Below, in pieces: positions 1 to 9,950 of a DNA stretch of 36,053 nt. The translations under genes were made by a program, and so were the position numbers. The stretch is from NCBI RefSeq assembly GCF_004010195.1, contig NC_057749.1:7797936-7833988 (forward strand). The letters are read 5' to 3'. Source of the DNA: Chiloscyllium plagiosum. Taxonomy: Eukaryota. Below the pieces are notes generated by a model. It had not been told where the DNA came from, did not search any database, and was given only the letters and a program-made list of their open reading frames with translations. How positions within the stretch are numbered: the first letter of the stretch is position 1; each line of letters starts with the position of its first letter.

Positions 1-1420
1 GCAGAAATATTTATATCATCTACAGCTATGGGTGTAGTGCTGGAGGACTGGAGGATGGCTAATGTTGTGCCTTTACTAAGAAAGGCTATAAGGAGATGCC
101 TGGGAACTATGGACCTGTGGGTCTGACATCAGTCATGTGTATGTTGTTGGAGGGGATTCTGGGATATAGGGTTTATATGCATTTACAGAGGAGGGACTGA
201 TTAGGGATAGTCAGCATGGGTTTGTGCGTGAGAAATGGCGTTTCACAAATTTGATTGAGTTTTTTGAAGGAGTAACCAAAAAGACTGATGAGGGCAGAGT
301 GGTAGATGTTATCTCCATGGACTTTAATAAAGCCCTTGACAAGGTTCCGCAAAGTAGACTGATTAGTAAAGTTAGATCAGGTGGGATTCAGAGAAAGCTT
401 GCGAATTGGATGCAAAATTGGTTCGAGAGTGGGAGACAGAGGGTGGTGGTGGAGGGTTTTTGGCCTGTGACCAGTGATATTCCACAGGAATTAGTGCTGG
501 TTCACTATTGTTTGTCATTTAAGTAAACGATTCAGCTGAGATTTTAGGCATAGTTAGTAAAGTTTATGGATGATACCAAAATTAGTGGTAACGTCAAGAG
601 TGAAGAAGGTTATGTAAGGTTCAAAGGAATCGTGATCAACTGGGCTAATGAGCCGAGGTGTGGGAGATGGCGTTTAATTTGGATCAATGTGAGATATTGT
701 TTTTTGGTAAAACAAACAATGGTATGGCCTATACAGTAAATGGTAAAGCCAACGAAAGTGTTATAGAGCAGAGAGACTTAGGGGTTCAGGTACATTTATT
801 TAAACGTTTCACCACAGGTTGATAGAGTGGTTAAGAATTCATTTAGCATGCTGCTTTCATCGCTCAGACCATTGAGTATATGAGTTTGGACGTCATTTGA
901 GATTGTTGAGGCCACTTTTGCAGTACTGTGTACCGTTCTGCTGAGACTGTTCAGATCAGATTTACCAGAGAGTTGATAGAACTGGAGGGTTTGAGTTATA
1001 GGGAGAGTCTGGATAGGCTGGGAGTTATTTCACTGGAGCGTAAAAGGTTAAGGAGTAATCTTATAGAAGTTTACAAATTCATGAGGGGCATAGATAAGCT
1101 GAATAGCAAAGGTCTTTTCCCTAGGGTGGGGGAGTTCAAAACGAGGGGGCAAACTTTTAACTTGAGTGCAGAAAGATTTAAAAGGGATCTGAGGGGCAAC
1201 ATTTTCACACAGAGGTCATGTGTGGAATGAACTGCCAGAGGAAATGAGAGATGCAAGGACAGTGAGAACATTTAAAAGACATTTGTACAGGCACATGAAT
1301 AAGAGAAGTTAAGATGGATTATGAACAAAACACAGGCAAGTGGGACCAGTTTAGTTTGGGAAAATTTGGTCAGCATGGACAAGTTGGACCGAAGGGTTTC
1401 TTTCTGTGCTGTATGACACT
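1..1420 (+). mobile_element. Decayed CR1-clade LINE: ORF2 RT domain through 3' UTR
   Basis: Translation NLIEFFEGVTKKTDEGRVVDVISMDFNKALDKVP resembles CR1 RT. DDTK motif near 570. C-terminal LEGLSYRESLDRLG..LERKRLRSNLIEVYK. CR1 3' tail 'ttggaccgaagggtttctttctgtgctgtatgac'. Many stops and frameshifts. Confidence 0.95.
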
Positions 1421-2371
1421 ACAAATCAGATAAGCTTGTGCTTACCACTGTAGCATTTAAATCTACCAGGAGCAGTTACATACGCAGTAGCAAATGCAAC
1501 TTTCCACAAGTACCTGTTTAAACCCAATTGAAGTTTTGGAGGAGCAGTATTTGTTTTTCAGCATTGTCTTTTCCTAACCTTTACTTCTCAGCTTTTTTGT
1601 TTGCTTCTATTTTGAGAGCCAGTTAAAATAGTCATTTCTCTGGGTGGCTGCCAGCATAAGCACCATTCCCAATGTTTGTACACAGTGATCAGCCACAGAG
1701 GACGGTGGACTGAAGGACAGCGCAGAATATATTTAATCACAGCCCCGGGATTTTCGTGACTGTCAGACCAGTTAGTCCAGAGTGAGTAGGAGAGGTACAG
1801 TCCCTGAACAATAGGGCAGTGCATAAACTCTGCCTTGCCAAGCCTGGTAGAACTAATCAGCCAGAGGATGCATATTCAAATCCCACTTTGTGAATTTTGA
1901 TGTAGGTTTATTTTCAAAGATAAATTATAAATCAGAGTTGTCAGGGTTGAATTCTTGGCTCCCATCTAGGTTGGAAATAAAGGTAGACAGGGTCTAAAAA
2001 TTCTAGACAATGAGATGGTTTCCCAGCCCCGTTCCTAAAAGTGGTCATTTGGGCCAAGGTGGGCTCAGAAGCAGCAACGTGGCAAGAGGTGTGGAATTCA
2101 AGTAGAGACCATGCTTCCAGCACTGCCTGCCTGGGTGGGAGGTGGGTGTCTTGTAATGAGATTTCCATTGCGCACACGTGCACACACACACGCATGCACA
2201 GACACACACACACACACACACACGCATATCCCATATACACACGCACGTCTCAAATACACACACATGTCCCAAACATACACCCCCCCCCCGATATATGCTG
2301 ACACACACACACACCACCACACGTACCCCATACGCACACTCCATATACACACTCACATGCCATATATGTTT

Positions 2372-2497
2372 TGGAGGTGCCGGTGTTGGACTGGGATGTA
2401 CAAAGTACAACCACCTGATGAAGGAGCAGTGCTCCAAAAGCTAGTGCTTCCAAATAAACCTGTTGGACTATTACCTGGTGTTGTGTGATTTTAACTA
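2372..2497 (+). mobile_element. Short PLE-related terminal unit with hammerhead-like motif, inserted in the CA tract
   Basis: CAC-CTGATGA-A-GGAGC-agt-GCTCC-aAAA-G-CTA-GTG, followed by 'cttccaaataaacctgttggac'. The left part 'gtgttggactggg' is the reverse complement of the tail 'cccagtccaaca' seen in the related copy near 31905. Confidence 0.7.
2412..2446 (+). ncRNA. Minimal hammerhead ribozyme motif (G12>A mutated), predicted CUA cleavage triplet
   Basis: Stem I CAC/GTG, core CTGATGA at 2415-2421, stem II GGAGC/GCTCC, GAAA box reads AAAA, palindromic AGCT stem III. Confidence 0.65.
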
Positions 2498-3102
2498 ACA
2501 TACACATATAACCCATGTACACATACATCCCATATAAACACACACACACACACACCATATATCCACACACCCTCCCCCTCACACACACACCACATACACC
2601 CTATATATATACACACCCCATATACACACCCACATACATGCTCATACACACACACCATATACACACATGCCCCATAGACATACCATACTTCATGTACACA
2701 CACACTCCCATATACATACACACCCACACACACACACCATATATATACACCCCATATACATACGCACATCACAAACACCTATATATACACACACTCCATA
2801 TACACATCCACCCACACACTTCATACACACACACAATATAAAAACACACCATATACACATATGCACGCACACCACATACATACATGCCCCACACATATAC
2901 ATATACACCATGTACACAAAGCCCCCCCAAATGCGCACACACCCACACACCATAAACACACAAACACTGTGTATGTACACACACATACTATGTATGCACA
3001 CATGTATACTCACACCTGCCCCATATGCATACACTCATGCAGACACACATGATACACATACCACATACACAAAACATTTACACCAAAACATTTCGGAACA
3101 AA

Positions 3103-3830
3103 AGGAGAGGATTGCAGATGCTGAAGATCAGAGTCAAGAGTGTGGTGCTGGAAAAGCACAGCGGGTCAGGCAGCATCCGAGGAGCAGGAATGAGGCTTGT
3201 GGGCCAGGGGAGCTGAGAGATAAATGGGAGAAGGGTGGGGCTGGGACGAATGAAGCTGAAAATGTAATAGGTAGATGAAGGTGGAGGAGGAGGTGATTGG
3301 TCGGAGTGGAGGGTGGAGCAAATAAATGGGAAAGACGCTGTGAGGAAAAGTGCTGAGTTGGAGGCTTGGGACTGAGATAAGATGGAGGGGGAGGGGAATG
3401 GGGAAACTGGTGGAATCCACATTAATCCTGTGTGGTTTCAGGGTCCCAAGGCAGAAGATGAGATGTTCTTCCTCCAGGTGTCAGGTTGGTATGGTTTGGC
3501 AATGGAGGAGGCCCTGAACCTGCATGTCCTTGGTCAAGTGGGATTTCACCAGTTAATGTGAATTTCACCAGTTTCCTCATTTCCCCTCCCCCCCCCATCT
3601 TATCCCAGATCCAACCCTCCAACTCAGCACCACCCTCTTGAACTGTCCTACTTGTCCATCTTCCTTCCTACTCCCCCCCCAGCCCCAAACCCCCCAACCC
3701 TTCCCATTTCTCGCTCATCCCCAGCCCACAAGCCTCATTGCTGATGAAGAGCTTATGCCCGGAACGTCGATCTCCCGCTGCTCGGATGCTGTCTGACCAG
3801 TTGTGCTTTTCCAGCACCACACTCTCGGCA
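3103..3830. mobile_element. PLE 3' remnant in inverted-repeat arrangement (minus copy 3103-3550, plus copy 3553-3830)
   Basis: Minus strand encodes LEEEHLIFCLGTLKPHRINVDSTSF, resembling a PLE GIY-YIG C-terminus (E..I..L.TL.P.G.N). The two arms are diverged reverse complements. Hammerhead-like CTGATGA..GGAACGTC at 3741-3768. Confidence 0.8.
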
Positions 3831-3832
3831 CA

Positions 3833-4120
3833 CAAAGGATTTCCCCTGGTTGTGGAATTGAAAACCAAGGGGCTCAATCTATAAATAAGGGGATGCAACA
3901 CAGGTCCAAGGTGTGTAGAAATTATATCACTGAGAGGGTTGTGAACCTTTGGAATCCTGTACCACAGAAGGCTGTGGGGGATCGATAGATTGGGATAGAT
4001 TTCTGATTGCAAGTAGGTTATGCATGGGTAAAAGGTCTTGAAGTGTTTGAACAGGTTTGATCATATTGAATGGTAGGGTCAGGTTCAATGGGCTGAATAA
4101 CCTACTCCCATTCCTATATC
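3833..4120 (+). mobile_element. CR1 3' fragment
   Basis: RNYITERVVNLWNPVPQKAV (CR1 ORF2 end), then tail 'gggctgaataacctactcccattcctat'. Confidence 0.85.
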
Positions 4121-4134
4121 CCTATCTTCCTACC

Positions 4135-4440
4135 TCTTTTTTAAATTAGTGATCCCTGACCTTAAAACTGCAAGTCCTAGTTTTAGAATCTCTCACAGGA
4201 CGTCATACCCTATCCTCATTTATCCTGTCAAGATCCTTCAGGATCTTGTCTGTTTCAATCAAGTCACATCTTACGCCTCTAGTCTGCAGCAGGTACAAGT
4301 CTAATCCATCCAGCCTTCCTTCCCAAGACACATTCTCATTACAGCTATGAATCTGTAAACCCTCTCAGAACTATCTTCAACATATTTCCATTCTTCCTTA
4401 AATAAGATGATGAACACTGTGCACAGCATTCCAGATATGA
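4135..4440 (-). mobile_element. Decayed CR1 ORF2 fragment
   Basis: Reverse strand gives YLECCAQCSSSYLRKNGNML (cf. LEYCVQFWSPYLRKD) and 'attgaaacagacaagatcctgaaggatcttgacagg'. Confidence 0.75.
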
Positions 4441-4607
4441 AATCATAAAAAATGTTGGAATGATGGTCTTTATCTCAAGGGATTCAGAATTCAAAAATGA
4501 TACTTTAGTTGACAGAGTTTTTAGCAAATAGTGTCAGCTAATGATATCTTAAAAAATGCTCCATTTTTGGCAATGCCTTATTTCAGATGAAATATTAAAC
4601 TGGCGTT

Positions 4608-4775
4608 ACAGAAAGATAGAAACATAGCAAATAGAAGCAAGAAGTCTATTCAGCGCTTATAATCTGCCCTGCCATTCAGCTAATCTTGGCTGAACATCTA
4701 GCTCAGTCCCTTTTTCCTGCTTTTTTCCCCATATTAGCATTAAGAGCCAAATCTGTTTCCTTCTTGAAATCATAT
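4608..4775 (-). mobile_element. CR1 3' tail fragment
   Basis: 'atagaaacatagcaaatagaagcaagaagtctattcagc...gccattcagctaatcttggctga' is a typical antisense CR1 tail. Confidence 0.7.
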
Positions 4776-5400
4776 TTCAGGGTTTCTAAGGAGAATGTGT
4801 ACCTTGAAGGCATCATCAATGATAGCAATCCAAATTAATAAAGCAAGATCATGGACCTACTGCAGGACTTCATCTCGAAAGGCACAACCTTGAAGAGCAA
4901 GTGATGTTACATCAAATTTGTCTAGACGTTGCTGTGCTGGCCTCCGTATTACAAGAAGAAAGGACAGGCATCTGGGAAGGTGTAAAAATGATATACAAGG
5001 ATGTTGGCATCATTGAGACTTTCTAACATTCTAGAAACACTGCACAAGCTGGATCTTATACCTCTAGAAAAGAGAAGGCCATATCTTTGGAACTAACTTT
5101 CTGAACAGGCAACAGAAGCTCAGTAATAGTGGTGACATGGTGGTAATTTCATTGGGATTGTAATCTAAAACCCCATGCTAATTTTTTTAGCAGGGAGGCA
5201 TGTGTTCAAATCCCAACATGGTTGATAGATGAAATTTGAATTCAATAAAAATTAAAAGCTAGCTAAATGGTAACCGTGTAACCACTTAAGATTGTCATTT
5301 AAAAGCCCCCATCTGATTGATTAATGTCCTTTAAGGGAAGGAAATCTTCCATCCTTACTCAATCTGACCTACATGTGACTCTAGACCCACAGCAATGTGA

Positions 5401-5810
5401 AATTAAAAACTGAGAGAGCTGTAATTCTGAGGAAAGGTCACTTGACCCAAAACATTAACTCTGATTTCTCTCCACAGATGCTACCAGACCTGCTGAGCTT
5501 TTAGATTAGATTACTTACAGTGTGGAAACAGGCCCTTCAGCCCAACAAGTCCACACCAACCCTCTGAAGAGCAACTCACCCAGACCCATTCCCCTACACC
5601 TAACACTATGGGCAATTAAGCATGGCCAATTCATCTTTTTTGGACTGCGGGAGAAACCCATGCAGACACAGGGAGAATGTACAAACTCCGCAGAGACAGT
5701 TGCCCGAGGTGGGAATTGAACCCGGGTCTCTGGCGCTGTGAGGCAGTAGTGCAAACCATTGTGCCACCGTGCCGCCCGTAAATTTTCCAGCAACTTTTAT
5801 CTTTGTTTCC
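5401..5810 (+). mobile_element. PLE-related terminal unit with decayed hammerhead motif, itself interrupted by a SINE
   Basis: CTGAGGA (5427-5433)-aa-GGTC-actt-GACCC-aAAAC-aTT-AACT, then 'ctctccacagatgctaccagacctgctgagctttt', resuming as 'ttttccagcaac' after the SINE. Flanked by near-identical CAG(C/T)AATGTG direct repeats. Confidence 0.75.
5503..5777 (-). mobile_element. HE1/V-SINE-like tRNA SINE
   Basis: Minus strand starts GGGCGGCACGGTGGCACAATGG (A box), B box GGGTTCAATTCCC, CR1-like tail ending (TAATC)n. Confidence 0.9.
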
Positions 5811-6413
5811 CTCAGTAATGTGGTTGACTGTTAATACTTATCATCTTTGCAGTTAGGCATGAACAATAGATGCTGGACTAGCCAGTGATGACCTCATCCC
5901 ATGAATGAATGAAAAGGGATCTTTGAAGTTACGAAGTCGGCTGATAGGATAGTTGTTGCTACGCCCGCTAGGAAGTACAGAAACAGGCAACCTAAGATTA
6001 TCAGTCAGGGTTATAATGAGGTTCATTTACGGTTACTGGAACCTACATATTTTCACACACCGGACCCTGTCCTCTGTATGGAAAAAGAGCATGTGCAGGA
6101 ATTACACAATCGTTTGAATTAAATAAAAGTCTAGGGACACTAGTTCCCTCCTGTATTGTCCATAGCAGCACCTCAACCAGTTGGAATCAATTCGGCTTTT
6201 ACATAACAATACGAATTATTCTTCCTTTTAAAAATATGGCATTCTTGCTTCGGTCCTGATAAGTGCAAGCCAAAAGGTTCAACAACATGCCTGTCTTTGT
6301 CAGCTGTCTTCAAGTTCTGTACCACCAAGTGACCAAATGTATTTCCATTTGTGGGGAAACTAAACTTAGCATACATAAACATAAGATTGACACTTATGAT
6401 TGTAATCTAACTA

Positions 6414-6438
6414 ATATATATATATATATATATATATA
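6414..6438. repeat. (TA)n microsatellite
   Basis: Direct reading of the sequence. Confidence 0.95.
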
Positions 6439-6450
6439 ATTCCTGATAGT

Positions 6451-6548
6451 AATTGTTGATGAAGGGCTTATGCCCGAAACGTCGATTCTCCTGCTCCTTG
6501 GATGCTATCTGACTTGCTGTGCTTTTCCAGCACCACACACTCGGCGCT
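6451..6548 (+). mobile_element. PLE terminal fragment with hammerhead-like motif (C3>U)
   Basis: TTGATGA-A-GGGC-ttat-GCCC-GAAA-C-GTC at 6456-6483, then tail 'ctgctccttggatgct..gctgtgcttttccagcaccac'. Confidence 0.8.
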
Positions 6549-6777
6549 GATAAGTTCAATAAAAGATTCAGTAAACCAGTTGCTCCCTGGGCACTGTTAG
6601 AATGTACAACTTGCTATCACATAGAGCAGTAGAAGTGACTACCTTGGGTAGCTTTGAGGAAAGGTTAGCTAAATCATTATGAGACATCATATTGAGATTG
6701 TACAGAATGTTGGTGAGGCCTCTTCAATGGCCGTTACCATTACACCATAATGGTAACTGGTGGTAATGCTGAACATG

Positions 6778-6906
6778 GAGACAGTGAGGTCTGCAGATGC
6801 TGGAGATCAGAGTTGAGGGTGCATTGCTGGAAAAGCACAGCAGGTGAGGCAGCATCCGAGGAGCAGGAAAATTGACGTTTCGGGCCGGAGCCCTTCATCA
6901 GGAATT
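6778..6906 (-). mobile_element. PLE terminal fragment with intact hammerhead core
   Basis: Same tail family as 3103-3200, 16715-16848 and 35930-36053. Minus strand reads CTGATGA-A-GGGC-tccg-GCCC-GAAA-C-GTC. Confidence 0.85.
6871..6906 (-). ncRNA. Minimal type-I hammerhead ribozyme motif with all core nucleotides intact
   Basis: CUGAUGA 6901-6895, stem II GGGC/GCCC with UCCG loop, GAAA 6881-6878, ACGU palindrome, GUC triplet 6876-6874. Stem I is imperfect. Confidence 0.75.
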
Positions 6907-7012
6907 ATATCGAACATGTCTAGTCTGTAGTGTTAGGTAAGATAATTAGTCACTAAAATGGTTTACAGACAATACAAGATAAGCTCCTGCTGACAGGGTC
7001 TAAAGGGCAAAC

Positions 7013-7570
7013 CTTTGAATACAGGAGTTGGGAATTTACAGGACATTGGTGAGGTCTCTTCTGGAATACTGTGTCCAATTCTGCTCACTCTGTTATAGGA
7101 AGGAGGTACTCAAGCTGGAGGGGCTTCAGAAGAGATTTACCAGGAGGTTGCCAGGAATGGAGGGTTTAAGTTATAAAGAAAGGCTAGAGCATAGGAAATT
7201 GAGGGGTGATCTTATAGAGGTTTATAAAATCATGGGGGGTATAGATAAAGTGAATGGCAGATGTCTCTCCCCTCCGGTGGGAAATCTCAAAACTAGGGGG
7301 CATATTTTTAAGGTGAGATGAGAAAGATTTCAAAAGGGCATGAAGGGCAATTTTTTTTTACATAGAGAGTGGTTCATGTGTGGAATGAACTTCCAGAGGA
7401 ACTGGTGAATGCGGGTACAGTTACAATGTTTAATAGACATGAGTACATGAATAAGAAAGGTTTGGAGGGATATGGGCCGAATGCAGGCAGGTGGGACTTG
7501 TTGAGTTTGGGCTTATGGTCAGCATGGACTGGTTGGACCGAAGGGTCTGTTTCTGTGCTGTATGACTCTG
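7013..7570 (+). mobile_element. CR1 (HER1-like) 3' fragment
   Basis: YRTLVRSLLEYCVQFCSLCYRKEVLKLEGLQKRFTRRLPGMEGLSYKERL...GDLIEVYKIM and VHVWNELPEE. Complete 3' tail. Confidence 0.95.
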
Positions 7571-8469
7571 TGGCTCCATGTCAAAATCAGGGATGTAATG
7601 GGAGGAGATTTACGTGGTGGGTAAACACCGATGAGAAGCCTCACTTTGTACTGGAAATGCTTTCCCATTCTGTGACTGTCCTGAAGCCCTGGCAATATGA
7701 AGAATTTCTCCTGGCATCTGGGCCAACATCCTACCAATTAACTGTCCATTTATCAGTGGGAGTGCACAGTACATTGCAGGCACAGAATGTCCTGTTTGCG
7801 TACATGACTCCAGTCACTGCCCTTCATGATCTGTTCATGAGTTTGTGAATGCCTGCCTCAAAAGGCACAAAACAGCTTAATTTGAAAGTCAGTTCTTTGA
7901 GATGAGAGTGGAAACTATGCAACAGCTACTACAATCCAGTGAACATTTAATTTTGAACCACCTTGAGGAGACATTTGAAACATTATTTCTCTTAATGTAG
8001 AATTCCAAACCTCCACTTTCTGAGCCCCTTCAAATTCTGTTTTCGCAGAGGTCCCCATTATTTCTGCGCTGAGGGTGAGGCAGTATATCTTGGATTTCTA
8101 TGTCAACATTGGGGAGCACCCTTCAAATTCACAGATTGGGACAACGCTCTACAATGGTGACTTAGAGACCCAGGTTGTACTGCCTCAGCCTCAGCTCAGG
8201 AATAATGGGTGGCTTGACACTGCGGACAAGAGTGTAACATTAATGATCACGTGTTCACTTTTTCGATTCTCTATGGAGTAAATTGCATTTCAGGTTGACG
8301 TATGACGTACCAGTAAAAGTCTAAGCAGATACCAACGCAAACAAAACAAAGTACTTTAAAACAGAGAAGAGGCAAAAAAAGGTCTATCAGAGTGTCATGA
8401 CCTCTGATCCTGAAAACGGGTTGCCTGCAGAGCCTTTGAATATTTTCAAGGGATAGATTCTTCTTCAAG

Positions 8470-8735
8470 TATAGAATCCCTCAAGTGCGGGAACACGGCA
8501 TTTGCCCATACCAAACCTATGAAGAGCATCCCAAACCCCGAGCCTCTCCCTGCAGCCCTGCACTTTCCATGGCCAATCCACCTGGCCTGCACATCTTTGG
8601 ACTGTTGGAGGGAACCCATACTAACACGGGGAGAATGTGCAAAGTCCACACAGACAGTTGCCCAAAGGTGGGATTGAACCTAGGTGCCTGGCACTGTGAG
8701 GCAGCAGTGCTAACCACTGAGCCACAGAGCTGCCC
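8470..8735 (-). mobile_element. HE1/V-SINE-like SINE, diverged
   Basis: Minus GGGCAGCTCTGTGGCTCAGTGGTTAGCACTGCTGCCTCACAG, B box GGTTCAATCCC. Confidence 0.9.
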
Positions 8736-8737
8736 TT

Positions 8738-8870
8738 AACTAAGGGGGAATGACTATCAGGGGAAGGGCAGGCATGTGGATTTGAGATTACAGTCGATCA
8801 GCTATTGTCTAATCAAGAGGTGGAGCAGACTAAAGGGGCCAAATGGCCTTGCTCAGCTGAATATTCATGT
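8738..8870 (+). mobile_element. CR1 3' tail fragment
   Basis: 'ggtggagcagactaaaggggccaaatggcct' resembles the CR1 tail. Confidence 0.65.
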
Positions 8871-9950
8871 ATTTCTCCAGTTTCAAGATTTTTGTATACT
8901 CAGAACCTTTTCAGTTCCTTCTGATAGATCAGTATCATAAATAACCACAGATATTAGAACAAAGGCTATTGTCTTCCTCTATTCACTAATTTCAGTGAAA
9001 TAAATGGACATGGGTATAAAATTGTTCATAAAATTAGCAACCAGGGAACTTATAGTACAAATACTAAGAATTACACCATACTACCTCTGTTATTCAGCTT
9101 GCACTTCTCCTGAAAATAGTTTTTTTTTAATTATAAAGCAAAGTACTTTTCCTTCAACAAGCTGCTTCTGAATTAGCTAATACCTGAGTGCGGTGAATGA
9201 GTTCAGGCACAAGTCTTTTTGATGTAGCTCCCGACCTCCTTGCAGTTTGTAAACGTAGCCTTGTGGTGTCCTTCGTGAGTGTCAAGGATGGTGTTGTTGA
9301 TGACAACCAGATGGCATCTCTCTTACAACTCATTTATACTGAAAACTGGGAGGTCAGAGCAGACTTGACATCTGCCGAGAGTTTACCGTCAATTCACGGT
9401 GTGGATGGTGCAGGTTCTCAGCTCCACTTCTGGTAAAAAGGAAAACCACATTGAGGCTTGACGTGCAGCCAGGACCAATTTAAAGCCTCCACTGTGTAAA
9501 ATGATGGCCAAATTTGCTGCTGAATTAACTCCGTCACATCACACCAGCAATGGTCTGCTGCCAATGTGGCTATATGCCTATGTCTGCCCTTTAAAAATAC
9601 ATATTTGAGCCATAAGACCCTGTGCTGGGAACCGACAGGGTAACTGAGGTAGTTCGGCTGGATGCAATAGAACTGAGTCCAGGTTAAGACTCTGGGATCT
9701 ATAATATGATATTAAATGTAAATGTCTTGGTGCTCAGTGCGTAGTGTTGTTTACTCTGAGCCAGCATTCAAAGGATTCAATGCCAAGGAAGGTATATTGA
9801 TAAAGTGGCCAAGCAGGTTGGCTATCAACACGTAAAGCTTTCCGAGGTAGCAATGCCAAGTAGTTAGAGGGGGAGAAAGTCCTGTGAGAATGGTAGAAAT
9901 ACTTTGCCATCATTATTCATGGGTTCAGGAACTATTGCTAAGAACTATTA

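Larger units (their letters stand above)
2171..3085. repeat. CA/TACA-rich low-complexity microsatellite tract (~0.9 kb)
   Basis: Degenerate (CA)n/(CATA)n/(CACCATATA) units. Source of the His/Thr- and Cys/Val-rich spurious ORFs. Confidence 0.95.
5120..5915 (+). mobile_element. tRNA-derived shark SINE (second family), split by nested insertions at 5400-5812
   Basis: B-box-like GTTCAAATCCC near 5205. Body matches the intact copy at 21401-21752. Sequence resumes at 'atgtggttgact' after the insertion. Confidence 0.8.

Noticed and set aside
1941..3278. Many overlapping 60-200 aa ORFs rich in His/Thr/Tyr or Cys/Val
   Set aside because: They are translations of the CA/TG low-complexity tract, which is poor in stop codons.
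6163..6185. TAGCAGCAC, the miR-15/16 family 5' end
   Set aside because: The rest does not match miR-15/16 mature sequences and I see no complementary hairpin arm.
6173..6382. 69-aa minus ORF in unique sequence
   Set aside because: No recognisable domain or convincing splice context, and the length is expected by chance.
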